A stretch of DNA of 64,000 nt from Minisyncoccota bacterium (GTDB lineage: Bacteria > Patescibacteriota > Minisyncoccia > Phycocordibacterales > UBA2100), in assembly GCA_035708165.1 (NCBI GenBank), contig DASSSZ010000005.1, positions 112,840 through 176,839 of the forward strand. Reading direction: 5' to 3'. The notes under the pieces are model-generated. The model saw nothing but the letters and a program-made list of their open reading frames with translations, searched no databases and was not told the DNA's origin. Both the position numbers and the translations under genes were made by a program. Every line of letters begins with the position of its first letter. The stretch's first letter is position 1. Below are positions 30,413 to 42,755 of this stretch, one piece after another.

Positions 30413-31474
30413 ATGGACTACGCAGCCACGCTCCAGAAGTACACGAACGTCCTCTCGCATGAGGGCGGCTCCGATCTCCACTTCTCGGTCGGCACGCATC
30501 CTACGATGCGTATCGCAGGCGAGCTCGCCCCGCTCCTGAAGGAGCCGGTGCTCACGCCGAAGGATACCGAGGGCTTCCTCGCCGCCCTGGTGAACGACGA
30601 GCAGATGGCTGTGTTCCGCGAGCGCCAGGAGATCGATTTCGCATACCAGATGGATACCGGCACGCGGTTCCGCTGCAACGCGTTCTACCAGCGCGGCACG
30701 ATCGGCATCGCGATGCGCCTCATCGCCCGAGATATCAAGACCGTCTCCGAGCTCGGGCTCCCGCCGGTCCTCGAGACCTTCGCGCGGCTCCAGCAAGGCT
30801 TCTTCCTCGTGGTGGGGCCCGTGGGGCAGGGGAAGTCCACGACGCTCGCCGCGCTCATCGAGCTCATCAATACGGAACGCACGGAGCATATCGTCACGAT
30901 CGAGGACCCGATCGAGTACTCCTTCGAGCCGAAGCGCTCGATCATCGAGCAGCGCGAAGTCGGGATCGACTCGCATACGTTCGCTGCGGCGCTCCACTCC
31001 GCGTTCCGGCAGGACATCGACGTCCTCATGGTGGGCGAGATGCGCGATGCGGAGACGATGGGCGCAGCCGTGACCGCGGCAGAGACCGGCCACCTCGTCT
31101 TCTCGACGCTGCATACCAATAACGCCAGCCAGACGATCGACCGCATCATCGACTCGTTCCCGGCCGAGCAGCAGGACCAGATCCGGCTCCAGCTCGCCGC
31201 ATCGCTCGCAGGCGTCTTCAGCCAGCGCCTGATCCCGCGCGTCTCCGGCGGCCTCATCCCTGCGTGCGAGCTCCTGATCAACAACAAAGCGGTCGCGAAT
31301 CTCATCCGCGAGAAGCGGACCCAGGAGATCGACGTCGTGATCGAGACCTCCTCGCAGGACGGCATGATCGACATGAACCGCTCGCTCGCGGACCTCGTGC
31401 AGCGCGGCGAGATTACCGTCGAGGAGGCATACGCGCATTCGCTCACCCCGCAGGTCCTCGATCGCCTCATCTAA
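30413..31474 (+). CDS. pilT: Type IV pilus retraction ATPase PilT
   Basis: SDLHF, GPVGQGKSTT, TIEDPIE, AAETGHLVFSTLHT, VANLIRE. Confidence 0.93.
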   Translation: MDYAATLQKYTNVLSHEGGSDLHFSVGTHPTMRIAGELAPLLKEPVLTPKDTEGFLAALVNDEQMAVFRERQEIDFAYQMDTGTRFRCNAFYQRGTIGIAMRLIARDIKTVSELGLPPVLETFARLQQGFFLVVGPVGQGKSTTLAALIELINTERTEHIVTIEDPIEYSFEPKRSIIEQREVGIDSHTFAAALHSAFRQDIDVLMVGEMRDAETMGAAVTAAETGHLVFSTLHTNNASQTIDRIIDSFPAEQQDQIRLQLAASLAGVFSQRLIPRVSGGLIPACELLINNKAVANLIREKRTQEIDVVIETSSQDGMIDMNRSLADLVQRGEITVEEAYAHSLTPQVLDRLI

Positions 31475-31487
31475 GCCGCCACCTCTC

Positions 31488-32693
31488 ATGCAATTCGCCT
31501 ACAGTGCCCTCGATTCTGAAGGGAAGCAACGCAAAGGCACCATCGATGCGGTGAACGAGGACATCGCGATCGCCGCGCTGCAGCGCCGCAACCTCATCAT
31601 CTCTTCGATCGAGCGCATGGATCAGCGCTCGTTCTGGGAGCGGGAGTTCTCCACGCTGAATCACGTGAAGAACGAGGATATCGTGATGATCAGCCGGCAG
31701 ATCACCACGCTCTTCGAGGCGCAGGTCTCCGCATTGCGCGCATTCCAGCTCCTCGCCGCGCAGGCGCGCACGCAGACGATCGAGCAGATCCTGACGGCGA
31801 TCGCGAACGACATCCAGGCCGGCAGCTCGATCGCCGACGCCTTGGGCAAGCACCACGAGATGTTCTCGGATTTCTATGTGAACATGGTGCGCGCCGGCGA
31901 GGAATCGGGCCGTCTCGACGAGACATTCAGCTTCCTCGCGAACTATCTCGACCGCAGCTACGAGGTGACCGCCAAGGTGCGCAACGCCCTGATCTACCCG
32001 GCATTCGTCATCGTCACGTTCGTCGCGGTGATGCTCCTCATGATGACCATGGTCATTCCGAAGCTCGCCTCGATCCTCGGCGACGTGGGGCAGAACGTGC
32101 CGATCTACACGCGCGTCGTCATCTCGGTGAGCCAGTTCATGCGCCACTACATCTGGTTCATCCTGATCGTGATGGCAATCGCGCTCATCCTCGCGGTGCG
32201 ATACCTGCAGACGGAGAAGGGACAGCAGCAGGTCGCGATGATCCTCCTCGATACGCCGTACGTCGGTGGGCTGTACCAGAAGCTCTATATGTCGCGCATC
32301 GCCGACAACCTCGCGACGATGCTTGCCTCCGGCATCCAGATGGTGCGCGGCTTCGAGATCGCGGCGTCCGTCGTGGGGAATCCCCGCTACGAGAAGGTGA
32401 TGCTCGAGGTCGCCGAGAAGATCAAGGGCGGCATGCCGGCGTCTGAAGCGCTCGCGCAGTACCCGGATATCCCGAAGATCATGAGCGCGATGATGAAGAT
32501 CGGCGAGGAGACCGGCAACCTCGGCAACGTGCTCGGCACGATGGCGAAGTTCTACCGCCGCGAAGTGGATAACGCCGTGGATACGCTGGTGGGCCTGATC
32601 GAGCCGGTCATGATCGTCGGTCTTGCCGTGGGCGTCGGCTTCCTCCTCGCCTCGGTCCTGATCCCGATCTATAACATCGCGGGCAGCTTCTAG
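31488..32693 (+). CDS. pilC: Type IV pilus platform protein PilC/GspF
   Basis: Two T2SSF repeats: GEESGRL, ALIYP, GEETGNL, LIEP. Confidence 0.93.
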   Translation: MQFAYSALDSEGKQRKGTIDAVNEDIAIAALQRRNLIISSIERMDQRSFWEREFSTLNHVKNEDIVMISRQITTLFEAQVSALRAFQLLAAQARTQTIEQILTAIANDIQAGSSIADALGKHHEMFSDFYVNMVRAGEESGRLDETFSFLANYLDRSYEVTAKVRNALIYPAFVIVTFVAVMLLMMTMVIPKLASILGDVGQNVPIYTRVVISVSQFMRHYIWFILIVMAIALILAVRYLQTEKGQQQVAMILLDTPYVGGLYQKLYMSRIADNLATMLASGIQMVRGFEIAASVVGNPRYEKVMLEVAEKIKGGMPASEALAQYPDIPKIMSAMMKIGEETGNLGNVLGTMAKFYRREVDNAVDTLVGLIEPVMIVGLAVGVGFLLASVLIPIYNIAGSF

Positions 32694-32712
32694 GCCCGAA
32701 AGAGGGGGATGC

Positions 32713-32767
32713 GGCCGGAAACTTATCCACAGCAGCGTTTCCGGCCTAGTCCGTGCCCTTCTATAAT
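32713..32767 (+). promoter_or_regulatory. Pilin promoter region with DnaA-box consensus inside an inverted repeat and a TATAAT -10
   Basis: GGCCGGAAAC..GTTTCCGGCC flanks TTATCCACA (32723-32731); TATAAT at 32762-32767. Confidence 0.5.
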
Positions 32768-32846
32768 GTGAGGCACACCAGGTCGTGTGCCTCTAATTCA
32801 ATAAAGGCTTACTAATTACTCATTTCATTCCATTCATTTCATCTTT

Positions 32847-33305
32847 ATGAAGAATACCAATACGGGCGCACGAGGCTTCACCCTCATCGAGCTCCTCGTC
32901 GTGATCGCCATCATCGGCATCCTTTCGGCGGTGGTGCTCACGTCCCTCAACTCGGCCCGCACGAAGGCACGCGACGCACGGCGTCTCTCAGATCTCGCTG
33001 AGATGGCGAAGGCAGCGCAGATCATCGATAACGGGAAGGCCGTCTCGTTCGTCGGCTGCACGGCTGCGAATGCGGCAGTGACCACGTGCACCACGCCGGA
33101 TCTCAGCAAGTACAAGGATCCGGCAGGCGCAACGACGGCATGCACGGGCAGCTCGAGCGCTACGTGCGAGTACTCGGTCAAGGCAGCGAACTCGACGACT
33201 GAGAACTTCGAGATCTGCACCTATCTTGAGAACGGCGGGGGTCCGAGTTCGGGCGCCGGCTTGGTCAATGTGAACCAGGACGGTACGATCTCGACCGGCT
33301 GCTAG
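32847..33305 (+). CDS. Type IV pilin (probable major pilin)
   Basis: G/FTLIELLVVIAIIGIL class III signal; Cys pairs. Confidence 0.92.
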   Translation: MKNTNTGARGFTLIELLVVIAIIGILSAVVLTSLNSARTKARDARRLSDLAEMAKAAQIIDNGKAVSFVGCTAANAAVTTCTTPDLSKYKDPAGATTACTGSSSATCEYSVKAANSTTENFEICTYLENGGGPSSGAGLVNVNQDGTISTGC

Positions 33306-33331
33306 CCTCAGTAATCCTACGCATGCATCCT

Positions 33332-33805
33332 ATGAAAACAACGAACACAAGCAGCCGAGGCTTCACCCTCATCGAGCTCCTCGTCGTGATCGCCATCATC
33401 GGCATCCTTTCGGCGGTGGTGCTCACGTCCCTCAACTCGGCCCGCACGAAGGCACGCGACGCACGGCGCGAGTCGGACATGAAGTCGGTCCAGCTCGCAC
33501 TCGAGCTCGAGTATGACAAGAGCGGCGGGTACCCGACAGCGCTCACCGCTCTCGTGACAGATGATTTCCTCCCGAGCGTCCCGACCGACCCGTCGAGCGC
33601 GAATAACGGGTATGGATATGTAGCGCTCCCGAGCGGCTGCAACAACAGCTCGAGCATGTGCACCAGCTACGTGCTCGCGGCAATCCTTGAGGGTGGTGCT
33701 GGTGTGGTGCCTGACAACGCCTACACGGGCAGCCAGGCGATCACGATCGGCGCAACTTCAGCTAACTGCAGTTCGACGGCCGGCATCTACTGCCTCAAGC
33801 CGTAA
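33332..33805 (+). CDS. Type IV pilin, second paralog
   Basis: G/FTLIELLVV; YP..L..LV, PTDP motifs. Confidence 0.92.
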   Translation: MKTTNTSSRGFTLIELLVVIAIIGILSAVVLTSLNSARTKARDARRESDMKSVQLALELEYDKSGGYPTALTALVTDDFLPSVPTDPSSANNGYGYVALPSGCNNSSSMCTSYVLAAILEGGAGVVPDNAYTGSQAITIGATSANCSSTAGIYCLKP

Positions 33806-33826
33806 GGCCTGAGTGACAGAGTCCGT

Positions 33827-33854
33827 GAACGCTCCGCCACATGGCGGAGCGTTC
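33827..33854 (+). terminator. Hairpin after pilin pair
   Basis: GAACGCTCCGCCA..TGGCGGAGCGTTC. Confidence 0.65.
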
Positions 33855-33879
33855 GCATTGGTGGGGTATACTGAGCCGC

Positions 33880-34704
33880 GTGGACGCGTATCTCCTCTGC
33901 TTCTACGGCATCCTAGGGCTCATCGTCGGGAGCTTCCTCAATGTGCTCGTGCTGCGCACCGGCAGCGGGCGCTCGCTCGGCGGCCGCAGCTTCTGCGATA
34001 CGTGCGGGATGCAGCTCGCCTGGTACCACCTCGTGCCGGTCGGCTCGTGGATCCTCCAGCGCGGCCGCTGCAGCAGATGCAAGGCGAGGATCAGCGCGCA
34101 GTACCCGGCCGTGGAGGCGCTCACCGGGATCGCGTTCGCGGTGATCGGCTCCGCGATCCTGCCGATCGCCGCGACAGCGCTCGCGCTCCTCGCCGCAGCG
34201 CTCCTGATCGCGATCAGCGTCTACGACCTCAGGCACACGATTATCCCGGATGCCTGGTCGTACCTGCTCGCCGCGGTCTCGCTCGCGTTCGCGATCGCGA
34301 TCGCGCCGCCCGCCTCGCCCGAGGGCTGGCTCGCGCTGCTCGTGAGCGGGCCGGCGGTCGCGCTGCCGATCTACGCGCTCTACGCGCTCTCGCGCGGGTC
34401 CTGGATGGGGCTCGGCGATGTGAAGATCGCCCTGTCGTTCGGATGGCTTCTCGGCCCTGCGTGGGGTCTCGCCGCACTCATGGGCGCGTTCGTGATCGGC
34501 GCGGTCATCTCGGTCTGCATCCTCCTGCCGCTGCCGCGCATCGCGCGTGCGGCGCGCGCTCTCAACATGCCGCTCTTCGGTGCCTCGCGCGGGCGGTTTA
34601 CAATGACAAGCGAGGTCCCGTTCGGCCCCTTCCTCGCATGCAGCCTCTCTCTCGCCTGGTACGCACACTTCGTCCTGCACCTTCCCCTGATGGTGCTCTC
34701 GTAG
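33880..34704 (+). CDS. pilD: Prepilin peptidase PilD
   Basis: GSFLNV, two CxxC pairs, YDLRH, MGLGDVK, VPFGPFL; GTG start 7 nt after TATACT. Confidence 0.92.
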   Translation: MDAYLLCFYGILGLIVGSFLNVLVLRTGSGRSLGGRSFCDTCGMQLAWYHLVPVGSWILQRGRCSRCKARISAQYPAVEALTGIAFAVIGSAILPIAATALALLAAALLIAISVYDLRHTIIPDAWSYLLAAVSLAFAIAIAPPASPEGWLALLVSGPAVALPIYALYALSRGSWMGLGDVKIALSFGWLLGPAWGLAALMGAFVIGAVISVCILLPLPRIARAARALNMPLFGASRGRFTMTSEVPFGPFLACSLSLAWYAHFVLHLPLMVLS

Positions 34705-35354
34705 CGCGCCGGACACAGGGCGGCTTCACGCTGATGGAGCTTCTGGTGGTGACGGCGATCATCATGATCCTCTCCGCCGTCCTCTTGACGCGCAATAGCG
34801 CGTTCGGCGGCGTCATCATCCTGCGCAGCCTCGCCTATGACGTCGCGCTCTCGGTCCGCGAGGCGCAGACGTACGGCATCTCCGTGCGCCAAGCCACGAC
34901 GAAGGAGTTCTCGAATGCCTACGGCGTGCACTTCATCCCTTCGGCCGGCCTCACGAACGATTTCTACTGGCTCTATGCGGACGTGACGCCGAACGGGCAT
35001 TACGATGGCGGTACGCTCGGATCAGGCGGCGAGCTCGTCACGCGCTACTCGCTCGCGAGCGGGTATCGCGTCAAGGACCTGTGCGTGACGGATTACACCG
35101 GCAAAGAGACGTGCGGCCACTCGCAGGTGGACATCGACTTCCTCCGGCCCGAACCGGATGCCTGCATCGGCGCCGATGGCGTCGGCACGATCGCGCACGA
35201 GGGGGATGACCCGGCCGGCAAGCTCGTCTGCGACACGAGCGGCATCAAGTCATCCGACCGCACCTACCAGGAGGCGCGCATCGTGCTCCAATCGGCGGAT
35301 GGCAGCACGGCGAGCATCGTGGTCGAGAATACCGGGCAGATCACCGTGAAGTAA
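34638..35354 (+). CDS. Minor pilin (FimT/GspH-like); start uncertain
   Basis: GG/FTLMELLVV prepilin motif in the 3' part of track ORF 33813..35354. Confidence 0.8.
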   Translation: MQPLSRLVRTLRPAPSPDGALVARRTQGGFTLMELLVVTAIIMILSAVLLTRNSAFGGVIILRSLAYDVALSVREAQTYGISVRQATTKEFSNAYGVHFIPSAGLTNDFYWLYADVTPNGHYDGGTLGSGGELVTRYSLASGYRVKDLCVTDYTGKETCGHSQVDIDFLRPEPDACIGADGVGTIAHEGDDPAGKLVCDTSGIKSSDRTYQEARIVLQSADGSTASIVVENTGQITVK

Positions 35355-35355
35355 T

Positions 35356-36024
35356 ATGAAGGGCATGCTGCAGCAGCAAGGGACCCGCAGGGTGACGCCG
35401 GCGCGCGTACGCGCCTTCGGCGGCATGGCACCTCATACGCGTGAAGCAGGCTTCACATTGGTCGAGATGCTCGTCTCGATCGCGCTCTTCTCCGTGGTGA
35501 TGCTCGTATGTACGGGGTCCCTGCTCGCGCTCGTCGCAGCGAATAAGAAAGCGCAGGCGCTGCATTCCGTCATGGAGAACCTCAACATCGCGACCGACAG
35601 CATGGTGCGCGCGGTCCGCATGGGCAGCGCCTATCACTGCGGATCGCTGGGCGACCCGAGCACCACGCGGGATTGCACGAGCGGCGATTCATACTTCTGG
35701 TTCGAGCCGTTCAATGGCTGGCCCGGTGAAGAGGTGTACTACTTCGCGGACGACGGGAACGGGATCGGACGCCTGTACCGGGCGGAGAGCACGCAGAGCG
35801 GCGTCGCGGCCAATCCGAGTACGGGCGTGCCCGTCACGTCGGCGGAAGTGAATCTCACGAGCGTCCAGTTCTTCGTCTATGGCTCGACGCCGCAGGAGGG
35901 GACGCAGCCGAAGGTCGTTATCATATTCAAAGGGGAAGCGAATACCGGAAATGCCAGCGACCCCACCTCGCAGACCTCATTCACCGTGCAGGCGACCGCG
36001 AGCCAGCGCGCCCTCGACCTCTAG
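35356..36024 (+). CDS. Minor pilin (PilW/GspJ-like)
   Basis: AG/FTLVEMLVS motif. Confidence 0.85.
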   Translation: MKGMLQQQGTRRVTPARVRAFGGMAPHTREAGFTLVEMLVSIALFSVVMLVCTGSLLALVAANKKAQALHSVMENLNIATDSMVRAVRMGSAYHCGSLGDPSTTRDCTSGDSYFWFEPFNGWPGEEVYYFADDGNGIGRLYRAESTQSGVAANPSTGVPVTSAEVNLTSVQFFVYGSTPQEGTQPKVVIIFKGEANTGNASDPTSQTSFTVQATASQRALDL

Positions 36025-36027
36025 CCT

Positions 36028-36602
36028 ATGCAGCATCGAACCAATGAATCCGGCTTCACCCTGATCGAGACTCTGGTCGCGATCACGGTCCTGGTCATCG
36101 CGGTCGTCGCGCCGATGTCGCTCGTCGCGCAGAGCTTGACGGTCTCGTACTACGTCCGCGATGAGGTGACCGCATCCTATCTCGCGCAGGAAGCCATCGA
36201 GACCATCCGCAATATCCGCGACTCGCGCGTGGACCAGGATCTCCTTTCGGGTACGAACGGCGACCCCTTCCGCGACCTCGATGGCGGGACCGGCGGGACC
36301 GTCTTCACGAACAACAAGCCGTTCCGCGTCGATGCGCACATCATCGGGAGCGATTATGCCGATGCGCTCCTCTCGTGCAGCAGCACCTGCCCGCCGGTCC
36401 AGACTGACGGCACGTTCTACGGCTATGGCACCGGCTGGGCGAACACGCGCTTCACGCGCACCGTGACCGCGCACTACATCGACCCTGGTCCCAACACGGA
36501 TCTCCTCATCACCGTGACCGTTACCTGGCAGACCGGCGGCTTCGCCAGCCGATCGCTCACCCTGACGGAGAACCTTTATTCCTGGGCTGAGATCAGCACA
36601 CC

Positions 36603-36606
<4 letters not shown>
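36028..36606 (+). CDS. Minor pilin (PilV-like)
   Basis: SG/FTLIETLVA, A.YLAQEAIE.IRN. Confidence 0.85.
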
Positions 36607-39435
<2,829 letters not shown>

Positions 39436-39446
<11 letters not shown>

Positions 39447-40857
39447 TCCTATGCCGGATCTCGACACGCTCACCATCACTGAGGCGCGTCGCGCGCTTGA
39501 CGCCCGCGAAGTGAGCGCGGTCGATCTCGCGCATGCCTACCTCGAGCGCATCGCGGAGCGCAACGAGGAGCTCAATGCCTACCTCGAGGTCTACGATGAC
39601 GTGCGCGCGCAAGCGGAAGCGGCGGACAGGATGATCGCGGAGGGCCGGGCGCAGCCGCTGACCGGCATCCCGATCGCGATAAAGGATAATCTCCTCAACG
39701 AAGGGAAGCGCGCGACCAGCGCCTCGAAGATCCTCGAAGGGTACGTCGCGCCGTATACCGCGACAGCGGTCGCGAAGCTCAAAGAGCAGGGCGCCGTGAT
39801 CCTCGGGCGCGCGAACATGGATGAGTTCGCGATGGGCGGCTCGACCGAGCACTCGGCGTACGGCCCTTCGCGGAACCCGCACGACCCGTCCCGCATCCCG
39901 GGCGGCAGCTCGGGCGGCTCGGCCGTCGCCGTTGCGGCCGGCCTCGCGCTCGCAGCGCTCGGCTCGGATACCGGCGGCTCCATCCGCCAGCCTGCGAGCT
40001 TCTGCGGCGTGGTAGGGCTCAAGCCCACGTACGGCAGCGTCTCGCGCTACGGGCTGATGGCGATGGGCAGTAGTCTCGACCAAGTGGGGCCTATCACGAA
40101 GACGATCGCGGATGCGAAGCTGCTCTTCGAGGCGATCCGCGGCCACGATGCGAATGACGGCACCTCGCTGCCGGACGGCTTCTATCCGGCGCCGGGCGCG
40201 CCGAAGCGGATCGGCGTGCCGCGCGCGTTCCTCGGCGACGGCGTCGATCCGGCCGTGCTCGACCGGTTCGAGGCGATGCTCGCCCGTGCGCGCGATGCAG
40301 GGTACGACGTCGTCGATATCGACCTGCCCGCGCTCGCGGCGACGCTCGCGGCGTACTACATCATCATGCCAGCCGAGAGCTCCACGAACCTCTCGCGCTT
40401 CGACGGCATCCGCTACGGATTCTCGGCCGAGGCCGAAGCCATCCAGGAGACGTACGAGGAGACGCGCGCGCGCGGCTTCGGGCCGGAGGTCCGCCGCCGC
40501 ATCCTCACGGGCGCCTTCGTGCTCTCATCCGGCTACGTGGATGCCTACTACCGACGCGCGCTCGCGATCCGCGAGGCGCTCCGCGATGAGCTGCGCGCCG
40601 CGTTCGCATCCGTCGATGCGATCGCGCTGCCGACCGCCCCGACCGTTGCCTGGCATATCGGCGAAGTCACCGATCCGGTCGCGATGTACGCGTCGGACAT
40701 CTTCACCGTCCCGGTGAACCTTGCCGGCGTCCCGGCCGTCTCGATCCCTGCCGGCACGGCCGATGCGGAAGGTACCGACATGCCGGTGGGCTTCCAGCTC
40801 ATCGCGCCGTGGGGCGCCGAGGAGACGCTCTTCACGCTCGGCGAAGAGCTCGCTTAG
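39436..40857 (+). CDS. gatA: Asp/Glu-tRNA amidotransferase subunit A (start may be 39451)
   Basis: [41 protein letters not shown]. Confidence 0.95.
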
Positions 40858-40904
40858 GCACAGCGGCTCTCTCAGGCGCGATCGGCCTTCGGTATACTAG
40901 AGCG

Positions 40905-41705
40905 ATGGAGTTCTCGACGAGCACGTCGGTCGCCATTCAGGATGGCATCCTCACGGTGCTCATTTTCATATCGAACCTCGTCTTCAAATGGGTGCCGGCG
41001 GCGATGAACGTGCTGCTCGCGCAGCTGACGGGGACGGCAGTACCGGCCGCGGTCACGAGCGGCACGGGGACGCAGGTCGGGCTTGAGGCGAGCAGCTACG
41101 CGCCGAGTGGCATCGAGACCGGCACGACCGCGCTCGGCAGTGCGGCGACGACCGCGCCTGCGACGCCTGCAGCCGAGACGATCTCGTTCGGGAGCCAGAC
41201 GCTGCATACCGCATGGAGCATCTTCGCGCCGCTCTCCATCTTCATCTCGCTCCTGATCGCGACCTGGGTGGTCTACGCGCTGATCCGGCTCTCCCAGGTG
41301 AAGCGCGCCGAGAAGCAGGCGCTGGCCGCAGTGAGGGAGCGCCCGACGCCGCACATCGCTGCACAGCCGGTCGAAGCCGGGCCAAGCGACGCGCAGAAAC
41401 GCTGGGCAAGGATCGAGACGCAGATCGCGAGCGATAACGAGAACGAATGGCGCCTCGCCATCCTCGAGGCGGATATCATGCTCGACGAAGCGCTGGAGCG
41501 CGCCGGCTATACCGGCGATACCATCGGCGACAAGCTGAAAAGCGCGCAGCGAGGCGATTTCAAGACTCTCGACCTTGCCTGGGACGCGCACAAGGTGCGC
41601 AACCACATCGCGCATCGCGGCACGGCGCACGATCTCAACCAGCGCGAGGCCAAGCGCGTGATCGGGGAATACGAGCAGGTATTCCATGAATTCAACTTCA
41701 TATAA
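40905..41705 (+). CDS. Membrane-anchored protein with C-terminal HEPN-like (RxxxxH) helical domain
   Basis: TM helices; WRLAILEAD..LD, W.AHKVRNHIAH. Confidence 0.7.
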   Translation: MEFSTSTSVAIQDGILTVLIFISNLVFKWVPAAMNVLLAQLTGTAVPAAVTSGTGTQVGLEASSYAPSGIETGTTALGSAATTAPATPAAETISFGSQTLHTAWSIFAPLSIFISLLIATWVVYALIRLSQVKRAEKQALAAVRERPTPHIAAQPVEAGPSDAQKRWARIETQIASDNENEWRLAILEADIMLDEALERAGYTGDTIGDKLKSAQRGDFKTLDLAWDAHKVRNHIAHRGTAHDLNQREAKRVIGEYEQVFHEFNFI

Positions 41706-41758
41706 GCGCGGCGCATGCCTTGACCGGAGGCTCCGCGAGAGGTACCCTATGGATACAC

Positions 41759-41829
41759 AGCGGGGTGGAGGAGCGGTACCTCACGAGGCTCATAACCTCG
41801 GGACCCTGGTTCGAATCCAGGCCCCGCAA
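41759..41829 (+). tRNA. Initiator tRNA-fMet(CAT)
   Basis: 1:72 mismatch (A/A), A11-U24, CT CAT AA loop; upstream TTGACC-17nt-TACCCT. Confidence 0.88.
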
Positions 41830-42036
41830 CAAGCAAACGAGAACCCGGCGCATGCCGGGTTCTCGTTTGCGCGGCGCGGGGAAGAAGGCAGCCTGCGCTG
41901 CCTTCGCCTGGATCCGAACAGGCGGAGCCGTATCGCGCGCAGCGAAGCGAGCACGATCGGCGAGCCCGGGGAGGAAGTCCTTAACGAGCGGAGCGAGTTT
42001 AGGAACTTGACCCTCGAATCCAGGCCCCGCAACAAG
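41811..42036. repeat. tRNA-fMet-associated element: direct and interrupted inverted copies of the tRNA 3' end around a structured core
   Basis: 41811-41833 = 42014-42036; 41876-41918 matches the reverse complement of the tRNA end with a hairpin inserted. Confidence 0.82.
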
Positions 42037-42148
42037 GAAACACGAGCGGCCATTCGGCCGCTCGCGTTCTTCGTATTTCTCGTAGGTGCGGGCAGGTGCC
42101 GTCCGGAGTCGACTTTCCAGGCCCACAACTGCTGCTCCACCCTCCAAT

Positions 42149-42186
42149 AGCAACGATCCGATAGGCAAGCCTATCGGATCGTTGCT
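42149..42186. terminator. Long perfect hairpin between convergent tRNAs
   Basis: AGCAACGATCCGATAGGC-aa-GCCTATCGGATCGTTGCT. Confidence 0.7.
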
Positions 42187-42190
42187 TATG

Positions 42191-42264
42191 CGCGAGTGAA
42201 GGGACTTGAACCCTCGGCCTCCGCCGTGACAGGGCGGCGCTCTAACCAGCTGAGCTACACCCGC
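42191..42264 (-). tRNA. tRNA-Asp(GTC)
   Basis: Cloverleaf with CCGCC-CT GTC AC-GGCGG; G discriminator. Confidence 0.93.
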
Positions 42265-42483
42265 ATTGAAACTGGGTCGCAGGTCTCCCGCAGCGGGGCG
42301 GAATGACTATAGCATAACCATGCCCCGCGAACACATCCGCATCAGGTGGATGCGAACGATGCGATTGTAGCAGAAAAAGCTTCCCGTGTCGTGTGCCGAG
42401 CGGCCATCCTGGCGGCCGCTCTACTGCGTGCACCACGTGCCGCGGGTACGGCTCTGGCGGGCGCGTCCGCCCTTGGTCTTGTG

Positions 42484-42557
42484 TGTCGGGGGTGGGGCAT
42501 GATCCCACGACCTTAGCGTTATGAATGCTACGCTCTAACCAGCTGAGCTACCCCGAC
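42484..42557 (-). tRNA. tRNA(CAT), probably elongator Met
   Basis: GTCGGGG/CCCCGAC acceptor, TT CAT AA loop, atypical T-loop ATCATGC. Confidence 0.82.
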
Positions 42558-42755
42558 AAATGAGGAGCGAGGTAAATGTACCACAGTTACCTCCTCCGAA
42601 CGCCACCGGGGCGCGATGCTCTTGCTCCGGCCCCTCAGGAACAGATTGAGAATACCAATTCCTCGCCTCTTTCTCAAATAGGCTCTCTATTGACTGGGAC
42701 GCTTCTGCGCTGCATAACGAAGACGGATACGGAGATCCGAGAGAGGGGATTCAGC

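Noticed and set aside
32723-32846. Replication origin
   Set aside because: Only one perfect DnaA box and no dnaA/dnaN nearby
42014-42036. Additional tRNA genes at the duplicated 3' ends (also 45971-45997)
   Set aside because: Only T-arm/acceptor fragments; no D or anticodon arm
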